Of a stretch of 13,258 bases of DNA, positions 1 to 6,065 are shown one piece after another (the first letter of the stretch is position 1; each line of letters opens with the position of its first letter). Position numbers and translations under genes: made by a program. Origin of the DNA: a candidate division WOR-3 bacterium (GTDB taxonomy: Bacteria; Hydrothermota; Tepidihabitantia; Tepidihabitantales; Tepidihabitantaceae). The stretch is taken from NCBI GenBank assembly GCA_965649205.1, contig CBFGJV010000035.1:1-13258 (forward strand), read 5' to 3'. The notes beneath the pieces are model-generated. The model did no database searches. It was not told where the DNA came from and saw only the letters and a program-made list of their open reading frames with translations.

Positions 1-1
1 A

Positions 2-178
2 GTGCAGGTGCGGGTGTATGATGCGGTGGGTCGGTGTGTAGTATCTCGTCCTGTGGAGTTCAGGAGCTTGCAGCAGGGCGCGGTGCTGGACCTGCGGCAC
101 CTGTCCAGTGGTGTGTATCTTGTGCGGCTGGATGGAGCAGGTCTTGCCCTTGCGCAGAAGCTGGTGGTGCAGAAGTAG
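2..178 (+). CDS. C-terminal fragment of a secreted protein with a T9SS type A (Por secretion) sorting domain; 5'-partial
   Basis: Not in the ORF track. Frame 2 reads VQVRVYDAVGRCVVSRPVEFRSLQQGAVLDLRHLSSGVYLVRLDGAGLALAQKLVVQK, ending at TAG 176-178. It shows the YDxxGRxV, LxxGVYLVRL and terminal KLVVxK motifs of T9SS CTDs and is followed by a terminator. Confidence 0.88.
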   Translation: MQVRVYDAVGRCVVSRPVEFRSLQQGAVLDLRHLSSGVYLVRLDGAGLALAQKLVVQK

Positions 179-198
179 GACGGGAGAGAGTGGAGACT

Positions 199-232
199 CA
201 GGAGCGGGCCTTGGGGGCCCGCTCCTGTTTTA
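199..232 (+). terminator. Rho-independent terminator
   Basis: Perfect 12-bp stem CAGGAGCGGGCC (199-210) / GGCCCGCTCCTG (216-227) with a 5-nt loop, followed by TTTTA, 20 nt after the CTD gene stop. Confidence 0.88.
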
Positions 233-404
233 CATACGCCTGAAGGCAGCTTAGGTCCAGCCGAATCTGTCGGTATTCGCTTAAGGTCACCGCGATGGTG
301 CGCGAGGCTCCTATCGGAAACCAGGGCGGCAAGACGACGACATTTAGCCTCTGTGGCAGGGCAAAGAGGACGGCGTTTAGCTTCGCTTCTGCTTATAGCG
401 CAAC

Positions 405-776
405 TCAGGTCCGAAGCATGCCCCGGGCAGGGGAGGGAGTGGTTCCCCCAGTCGCCCAGGGGGTGGAGCTGGGGCTGGTATAGGTGCCAACTGGCAGTGT
501 AACCTGCCGGGAAAGAGGCAAGTTAGATATCCTTCTCAGGGAGAGCGTGAGTTGGGGTTTCAGCGTTCTGTTTGGTCGTCGGTTAGAGGTGTGAGGAACT
601 GCTAGGGAATGGCCCGGAGAAACTTCGGATAGGGCAGTGGTTTCAATAGCAGGATTATTGGTACAAGTTAAGATTGGCGTAATTGGGGGCTGATTGGGCG
701 TACAGACCTGTGCATTATTATCGACCTTCTTTGTTAGGCTTTTCTTTTCTGTCATTGAGTCGCTATCGACAGCCAT
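405..776 (-). CDS. Hypothetical T/P/S-rich protein with tetrapeptide periodicity
   Basis: 123-aa ORF that spans the periodic array in frame (TPIL, NPAI, KPQL, TLSL, NLPL, SRQV, TLPV, TPWA). No clear Shine-Dalgarno and no recognisable domain, so it may be non-coding. Confidence 0.3.
   Translation of the reverse strand: MAVDSDSMTEKKSLTKKVDNNAQVCTPNQPPITPILTCTNNPAIETTALSEVSPGHSLAVPHTSNRRPNRTLKPQLTLSLRRISNLPLSRQVTLPVGTYTSPSSTPWATGGTTPSPARGMLRT
426..689. repeat. Highly degenerate 12-nt periodic array (about 22 units)
   Basis: Cutting 426-689 into 22 12-mers gives T at position 3 in 14/22, a purine at position 5 in 20/22 and G at position 12 in 14/22 (hand count). Examples: CGTGAGTTGGGG, GGTGGAGCTGGG, AGTCGCCCAGGG, CGTAATTGGGGG. 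Confidence 0.45.
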
Positions 777-833
777 CCGAAAACAGGCATGGTGGCTAAC
801 CGTGGGGCAATGCTGGACAAATGCGATAACTGC

Positions 834-862
834 TTGACCGAACGCAAAATTTGCACTAGCCT
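834..862 (+). promoter_or_regulatory. Sigma70-type promoter of tRNA-Pro
   Basis: TTGACC (834-839), 17-nt spacer, TAGCCT (857-862), ending 12 nt upstream of the tRNA. Confidence 0.7.
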
Positions 863-874
863 TACGGAGAGTTT

Positions 875-949
875 CGGGGCGTAGCGCAGTTGGTTTAGCG
901 CACCAGCTTGGGGTGCTGGGGGTCGCCAGTTCAAATCTGGTCGCCCCGA
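875..949 (+). tRNA. tRNA-Pro (anticodon GGG); CCA not encoded
   Basis: Acceptor stem CGGGGCG/CGCCCCG, D stem GCGC/GCGC, anticodon stem CCAGC/GCTGG with loop TTGGGGT (GGG at 910-912), T arm GCCAG-TTCAAAT-CTGGT, discriminator A949. Confidence 0.97.
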
Positions 950-963
950 TTCACACTAAAGTG

Positions 964-993
964 ACAGGCCGCTGCAGCAGTGCAGCGGCCTGT
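964..993. terminator. Hairpin, probably a bidirectional terminator between the convergent tRNA-Pro and rplT
   Basis: Perfect 13-bp stem ACAGGCCGCTGCA (964-976) / TGCAGCGGCCTGT (981-993) with a 4-nt loop. U-tracts are weak on both sides. Confidence 0.75.
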
Positions 994-1008
994 GTATATT
1001 TCCCGCAA

Positions 1009-1380
1009 TTAGTTGGCTGAAGGTCTGGACAGTTGTTCACGGGCGATGCTTACTAGCTGGGCAAAATCCTCGGGAGCCCGAATCGCCATTTCCGAAATGA
1101 CACTGCGGTCCAGTTGCATACCGGCTCTTTTGAGACCGTGCATAAAACGGGAGTACGACAGGTCATGTGTCGCCAGTCCGGCATTTATCCTGGTAATGAA
1201 CAGGGAACGGAACACACGCTTTTTGCGTTTACGTTCTCGGTACGCACTTATTCCGGCATGAACTACCTGTTCGCGGGCGATTCTATACAGCTTGGATTTT
1301 GCTCCCCAGTAACCCTTAGCCTGTTTCAGCCATTTCTTGCGTCGAGCTCTCGTATAAGGTCCAGTTTTTACCCTTGGCAT
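1009..1380 (-). CDS. rplT: 50S ribosomal protein L20
   Basis: MPRVK...AKGYWG...AYRERKRKKRVFRSLFITRINA...SYSRFMHGL is the L20 signature; GGAG Shine-Dalgarno upstream; canonical position after rpmI. Confidence 0.98.
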   Translation of the reverse strand: MPRVKTGPYTRARRKKWLKQAKGYWGAKSKLYRIAREQVVHAGISAYRERKRKKRVFRSLFITRINAGLATHDLSYSRFMHGLKRAGMQLDRSVISEMAIRAPEDFAQLVSIAREQLSRPSAN

Positions 1381-1389
1381 ATCTACTCC

Positions 1390-1587
1390 CTAAGCGTACG
1401 GCAGAAGCGTTTGGAGCCGCCTGGCAGTTGACTTGGTTACGCCGGCTGGCAGCCGTAACCGACGTTTCCGCGCGCGGCTCTTGTGAGCGTTGTTGTGACT
1501 TGTTCCAGCTCGGGCATGCAAAAATTTGCCACTGCCGGTTCTTTTTATTCTTTTCTTTAGCGAACTGACACTTTTCATTTTCATCAT
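1390..1587 (-). CDS. rpmI: 50S ribosomal protein L35
   Basis: KMKS...KKRIKRTGSGK...AGTSH...KSRARKRRLR...LLPYA; lies between infC and rplT. The ATG overlaps the infC stop (ATGA); an alternative start is at 1584. Confidence 0.96.
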   Translation of the reverse strand: MMKMKSVSSLKKRIKRTGSGKFLHARAGTSHNNAHKSRARKRRLRLPAGVTKSTARRLQTLLPYA

Positions 1588-2129
1588 TTTGGCACCAACA
1601 TCATTTGTATTGTTTTTTTCCCTTCAGTGATAAGCTTGGGCTCACCCTCTACTTTGGCCACATCTTCTAAATCATGGCGGAGCCGTTCTAGCAGCTTGAA
1701 TCCCAAATCTGCGTGCACCACTTCCCGGCCGCGCATAATGAGTGTGACGCGTATGCGATCTCGATTGGCGAGAAACTCTCGTATCTTGCGCAGTTTAACC
1801 TGATAGTCGTGAGTGTCAATTTTCATTTTCATTCTTATGTCACGTACTTCGGTCGTGTGCTGTTTCTTTTTTGACTCCTTAAGCTTGACTTTCTGTTCAT
1901 ACAAGTAGCGGCCGAAGTCCATTATGCCGCAGACCGGTGGGTCAGCATTAGGCGCCAGCATAACCAGGTCCAGATTCTGTCTGCTTGCCATAGCCAATGC
2001 CTCCCGGATAGGCAGTATTCCTATCGGCGTTTTGTCTGGACCTATGACCCGGACGAAGGGTACTTTTATCTGGTCGTTAACCTTGGGACGGCCGACAAAG
2101 GCGTCCCTGGGAACCTTACCCCGGTAAAT
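1584..2129 (-). CDS. infC: Translation initiation factor IF-3 with non-canonical AUU start (181 aa)
   Basis: The frame stays open upstream of the ORF-track start (1997) and encodes the IF3 N-domain KVNDQIKVPFVRVIGPD..IGILPIREAL. In-frame ATT at 2129-2127 lies 6 nt after AGGAGG. Downstream motifs LDLV, PPVC.IMDFGRYLYE, IDTHDY..K, RGRE. Confidence 0.94.
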   Translation of the reverse strand: MYRGKVPRDAFVGRPKVNDQIKVPFVRVIGPDKTPIGILPIREALAMASRQNLDLVMLAPNADPPVCGIMDFGRYLYEQKVKLKESKKKQHTTEVRDIRMKMKIDTHDYQVKLRKIREFLANRDRIRVTLIMRGREVVHADLGFKLLERLRHDLEDVAKVEGEPKLITEGKKTIQMMLVPK

Positions 2130-4014
2130 GGGAGGCCTCCTGTACCAGGGACAGAGCGGTTTCCAGAGGCATAGGACCTAAGTCTCCTTTTCCTCTTTCT
2201 CTGACCGCTACCGTTCTGTTGCTAGCTTCACGCGAGCCCACGATAAACATATAGGGAATCTTCTGTCTTGCTGCTTCGCTTATCTTGGCGCCAATTTTAT
2301 CATTTCCTGCGTCAATATCAACTCTTATTTTCTGGGCTCGGCACAGATTAAGCACCTCGGAGGCATAATCGCGAGTCTTGTCCGTTACAGTAAGAACTCT
2401 TACCTGTATGGGAGCAAGCCAGGGAGGAAAGGCACCTGCGTAGTGCTCAACCAGTATGCCCATGAATCTTTCGATGCCGCCCAGAGCGGTGCGATGGATG
2501 AGATAGGCAGGGTGGTGCTGACCGTCTTGTCCCATATAGTATATGTCAAAACGAGGGCCTTCGTTGAAGTCAAATTGGCAGGTGGAACACTGAAACTCTC
2601 GCCCCAGGGAGTCGGCTAGTTTGATATCTATCTTGGGACCGTAGAATACGGCTTCGCCCTCAGCCCGGCGAAAACTCAAATTCAGCCGTTTGAGCACGGA
2701 CAGAAGAGAACGTTCGGCCAGCTCCCACTGTGCATCTGTTCCTAAGTACTTATCTTTGTGTTTGGGGTCTCTAACAGAAAGGTCTACCTTGAAATCTTCA
2801 AAACCAAAAGCCCGCAGTAGTTTCAGAGACAGGGTTACTACACCATATACTTCGTCTTCTACCTGTTCCGGAGTGCAAAAGATATGTGCGTCGTCCTGAG
2901 TGAAGCCGCGTACGCGCATCATGCCATGGAGTACCCCGGAGCGTTCCAGTCGGTAGACCGTGCCCCACTCTCCCATGCGCAGTGGTAAGTCTCTGTAGGA
3001 ATGGATCTTGGTGCGGTAGATGAGCATATGGCCGGGGCAATTCATTGGTTTTAGCACATACTCTTCTGTTTCGGTGGGGATAACATACATGTTTTCCCGG
3101 TAATAGTCGAAATGTCCTGACTGGTGCCACAATTGTCCGCGGGCGATATGAGGAGTAACTACAAGTTGATAGCCTGCGGCCAGATGTTCTTTCTCCCAGT
3201 ATTCCTGGATGATGCGACGCACGGTGGCACCTTTGGGATGCCAGAACACCAGGCCGGGACCTGCCTCTTCGTGGAAGCTGAAAAGGTCCAGCGCCGGGCC
3301 AAGCTTGCGGTGATCCCTTGCCTTGGCTTCCTCCAGCATGGCCAGGTGAGCATTGAGGAGTTCTTCAGAAGGAAAGGCAATGCCATATACCCGGGATAAC
3401 ATGCGGTTTTTTTCGTCACCGCGCCAGTATGCACCGGCCACAGACAGCAGTTTTATTGCTTTGATATATCCCGTATCCGGTACGTGTGGCCCCCGGCACA
3501 AGTCCACAAAGTCGCCCTGTTCATATACGGAAATATTCTCATCCGGCAGGTCGGCTATTATTTCCAGTTTGTAGTGTTCTTTTCTTTCCGTAAACATTCT
3601 CACAGCTTCCTCGCGACTCAACCACTTGTGGACGATGGGGATCTTACGGCTGGACAATTCCCGCATTTTGTTTTCAATTCCGGGCAGGTCTTCTTCGGTG
3701 AGGGGCGGGTCAATATCAAAGTCGTAGTAGAAACCTTCTGCAACTGCCGGGCCTATTGTTATTTTGGCATCAGGATGCAGCTGTTTCACAGCTTGCGCCA
3801 TCAGGTGTGAGGCTGAATGCCAGTATATTTCTCTGCCTGCTTCTGAATCGAACCTGACTGACTCCAGCTCCGCGTCCTTTTCGACTCGGGTGGAGAGATC
3901 AATCAGCCGACCATCAAGCCGGGCAGCTATGGCTGTTGGATCCTCGAGCAGCTCCCCGGCGGTGGCTCCCGGTTCTACCATTTTCGCGGTTCCGTTGATA
4001 ACGACTTGAATCAC
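2116..4014 (-). CDS. thrS: Threonine--tRNA ligase
   Basis: 632 aa. Editing domain WHSASHLMAQA and DLCRGPH; catalytic domain RDHRKLG, KPMNCPGH, RVRGFTQDDAHIF, FYGPKID, IHRTALG.IERF; C-terminal anticodon-binding domain. GTG start. Confidence 0.99.
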   Translation of the reverse strand: MIQVVINGTAKMVEPGATAGELLEDPTAIAARLDGRLIDLSTRVEKDAELESVRFDSEAGREIYWHSASHLMAQAVKQLHPDAKITIGPAVAEGFYYDFDIDPPLTEEDLPGIENKMRELSSRKIPIVHKWLSREEAVRMFTERKEHYKLEIIADLPDENISVYEQGDFVDLCRGPHVPDTGYIKAIKLLSVAGAYWRGDEKNRMLSRVYGIAFPSEELLNAHLAMLEEAKARDHRKLGPALDLFSFHEEAGPGLVFWHPKGATVRRIIQEYWEKEHLAAGYQLVVTPHIARGQLWHQSGHFDYYRENMYVIPTETEEYVLKPMNCPGHMLIYRTKIHSYRDLPLRMGEWGTVYRLERSGVLHGMMRVRGFTQDDAHIFCTPEQVEDEVYGVVTLSLKLLRAFGFEDFKVDLSVRDPKHKDKYLGTDAQWELAERSLLSVLKRLNLSFRRAEGEAVFYGPKIDIKLADSLGREFQCSTCQFDFNEGPRFDIYYMGQDGQHHPAYLIHRTALGGIERFMGILVEHYAGAFPPWLAPIQVRVLTVTDKTRDYASEVLNLCRAQKIRVDIDAGNDKIGAKISEAARQKIPYMFIVGSREASNRTVAVRERGKGDLGPMPLETALSLVQEASHLPG

Positions 4015-4020
4015 ATTGCA

Positions 4021-4048
4021 ATCTTACCTGAATGACCTCGCAGGTCAA
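4021..4048 (-). promoter_or_regulatory. Sigma70-type promoter of the thrS operon (predicts a leaderless mRNA)
   Basis: Minus strand: TTGACC (4048-4043), 16-nt spacer, TAAGAT (4026-4021), 6 nt, then the GTG start at 4014. No Shine-Dalgarno. Confidence 0.65.
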
Positions 4049-4121
4049 GAAAACCATTTTGGCTTCATCGGCTATCCGTTTGAAACAAGCAGGACGGTTA
4101 CAGGGACTTTGCGTTTTTTTC

Positions 4122-4149
4122 TTGACATTCGCTTCTGGATAAGTAATTT
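4122..4149 (+). promoter_or_regulatory. Sigma70-type promoter of the hydrogenase operon
   Basis: Consensus TTGACA (4122-4127) after a T-tract, 16-nt spacer, TAATTT (4144-4149); 11 nt separate it from the GTG start at 4161. Confidence 0.6.
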
Positions 4150-4160
4150 TGGCATCCTAA

Positions 4161-5207
4161 GTGAGTCTCCGATTTCTGCCTCACTCTGAAAGTAGCAACT
4201 GGCTGAGCCGGTTGCGGCAGGAGTACGCGCTTTTCTTCCCTGCAGTGGTAGAGGGTAAGGTGCATTGGAGCAGGTTGGCTGCGGATGAAGCCGTTTTCTC
4301 CGAGCAGGCCCCGGAATGGGGCCTTTGTCATATCCGGAGTGCCGAGCCGGTTAAGGGGTTCTTTTTCAGCCCGCGTGAAAAGGTAGCTACTTTTCCGGAG
4401 AAAATGAGGCCTGCTTCCGCAGAGAAAAGGATTTTGTTCGGCGTAAAGCAGTGTGACCTGGTGCCGCTGCGTGTGCATCGTAAGATGTATCTGGAGAGCG
4501 AGTTCAAGGACGAATTCTATGCAGAACGGCGCCGCAAAACCTTGATGGTGGTCGCAGATTGTCCTCGTCCTGAGGATACCTGCTTCTGTAATCTGGTTGG
4601 CGGTAAACCTTATGCTACCGAAAAAGACCAAGACGAAGCTGACATAAGTCTGGCAGTAGTAGAAGGTGGGTGGATCCTGGAGGGACTGAGTCCCGCAGGT
4701 GAGCAGCTGGTATTGGCCTGCGGTGGCAGGGAACCTACCACAGGCGAACTGACAGCCAGAGAAAACAGTCGCAGGCAGGCGGAGGCTACCCTGCGCGATT
4801 TCAACCCGCGCCCTTTTGCTCCTGGTACGCCGGATGGCATATGGAAGCGTAACACAGACAAATCGTTCTGGCAGCAGCAGGCAGACAGGTGTGTGGAATG
4901 CTACGGCTGTCTTACAGCTTGTCCTACCTGCTATTGTTTCCTTTTATATGATAAGGCCCAGGGGCAGGGTAAAATGGAAAGAATCAAGGTATGGGATGCT
5001 TGCTATAAAGCAGCGTATGCCCGGGTGGGCGGGGGTGCCAACCCCAGGTCAGAGTTTTCAAAGCGCTTCTTCAATCGTTTTTATTGCAAGTTTTCCCATT
5101 TCAAGAGCTGGCATGGTATGTATGCCTGTTCCGGGTGCGGGCGCTGTATTCGTGTCTGCATGGGCAAAATAGATGTACGCAAGGTTGTGCTGGAGTCGGG
5201 TCTATGA
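4161..5207 (+). CDS. Sulfhydrogenase beta / AsrA-like iron-sulfur subunit (4Fe-4S dicluster protein)
   Basis: Family motifs LFGVKQCDL, CPRPEDTCFC, CVECYGCLTACPTCYCF, RIKVWDAC, GGANPR, CSGCGRCIRVC.GKID. Confidence 0.88.
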   Translation: MSLRFLPHSESSNWLSRLRQEYALFFPAVVEGKVHWSRLAADEAVFSEQAPEWGLCHIRSAEPVKGFFFSPREKVATFPEKMRPASAEKRILFGVKQCDLVPLRVHRKMYLESEFKDEFYAERRRKTLMVVADCPRPEDTCFCNLVGGKPYATEKDQDEADISLAVVEGGWILEGLSPAGEQLVLACGGREPTTGELTARENSRRQAEATLRDFNPRPFAPGTPDGIWKRNTDKSFWQQQADRCVECYGCLTACPTCYCFLLYDKAQGQGKMERIKVWDACYKAAYARVGGGANPRSEFSKRFFNRFYCKFSHFKSWHGMYACSGCGRCIRVCMGKIDVRKVVLESGL

Positions 5208-6064
5208 GTAAAACCGAGATGAAAACTAACCTAGTTGCAACTGCCCCCCAAGGCAACATTTTCCAGCCCATCAGTGCTGAGATTCTGGAAGTCATTGACG
5301 AAACTCCGAATATAAAGACATTTGTGCTGAAACCAGAGCAGGAAGTGCCTTTCCTGGCTGGTCAATTTGTGGAGCTTACTATACCCGGATTCGGCGAGGC
5401 CCCTTTTACACCTTCCTCTTCTCACTTTGAGCGGGAAAAGCTGGAAATGACGATTATGAGGGTAGGTCGGGCAACCAGCGCACTGTTCAAGCTTAAACCG
5501 GGTGATGTGGTGGGCATCAGGGGGCCGTATGGCCAGCGCTATCCTCTGGAAAAGTTTGAGGGTAGAGATATTTACATAGTAGGCGGGGGAGTTGGTCTGG
5601 CACCATTACGGGCTCTGTTTTTGGCTCTGACGCACGAGGTTCATAAGTATAAGCGTATTTTCCTACGTTATGGTGCGCGTACGCCGGCTGACATTGTGTA
5701 CAAGCGGCTTATTCCTGAATGGGAGAAAATGGATAAAGTGAGCGTTGAGCTTTCGGTGGACGCCGCGGACGAGAAATGGATGAAGAAGGTGGGAGTTGTA
5801 ACATGTCTGATGGAAGAGATTCCCTGTGATGAAAAAACCAGCATTGCAGTTGTTTGTGGTCCGCCGATCATGATGAAGTTTGTCACCCAGCGTCTGTTAG
5901 ATGCAGGATTCCTAGGTGAGCACATATATCTGTCGATGGAAATGAATATGTCATGCGGTTTAGGGCAGTGCGGGCACTGCAAGCTCGGTCCCTACTTTAC
6001 CTGCAAGGATGGACCGGTTCTTACCTGGGAGCAGATAAAGGACATTCCTGACCCGTTCGTATAG
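5204..6064 (+). CDS. Sulfhydrogenase gamma / AsrB-like FAD- and NAD(P)-binding subunit with [2Fe-2S] cluster
   Basis: Start reassigned to ATG 5204 (ATGA overlap, GGAG upstream). FNR-family motifs GQFVEL..PGFGEAP, IRGPYG, GGGVGLAPLR, YGARTP, VCGPPIMMK, plus MSCGLGQCGHC...CKDGPV. Confidence 0.92.
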   Translation: MSKTEMKTNLVATAPQGNIFQPISAEILEVIDETPNIKTFVLKPEQEVPFLAGQFVELTIPGFGEAPFTPSSSHFEREKLEMTIMRVGRATSALFKLKPGDVVGIRGPYGQRYPLEKFEGRDIYIVGGGVGLAPLRALFLALTHEVHKYKRIFLRYGARTPADIVYKRLIPEWEKMDKVSVELSVDAADEKWMKKVGVVTCLMEEIPCDEKTSIAVVCGPPIMMKFVTQRLLDAGFLGEHIYLSMEMNMSCGLGQCGHCKLGPYFTCKDGPVLTWEQIKDIPDPFV

Positions 6065-6065
6065 T

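Noticed and set aside
405..418. TCAGGTCCGAAGCA resembles the SRP RNA domain IV motif (CAGGUCCGGAAGGAAGCAG)
   Set aside because: The GGAA tetraloop hairpin is missing and the flanks do not form the long SRP stem.
34..483. ORF-track calls 34..243 and 295..483
   Set aside because: The first is an out-of-frame shadow of the T9SS CTD gene and runs through its terminator; the second has no RBS or recognisable motif.
426..689. CRISPR array interpretation of the periodic region
   Set aside because: No conserved 23-47 nt repeat with unique spacers and no cas genes.
686..710. GGGGCTGATT resembles the 5' end of tmRNA
   Set aside because: No matching T-arm/acceptor 3' end or tag reading frame at a suitable distance; tRNA-Pro begins about 190 nt later.
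752..934. 60-aa minus-strand ORF
   Set aside because: It is antisense to tRNA-Pro and its promoter.
875..1000. tRNA as an integration site for a mobile element
   Set aside because: No integrase, no duplicated tRNA 3' end, and housekeeping genes follow directly.
4161..6064. Annotation as anaerobic sulfite reductase AsrAB or a soluble group 3b hydrogenase
   Set aside because: No siroheme AsrC and no 3b alpha/delta subunits in the window; the linked catalytic subunit is group 4 type.
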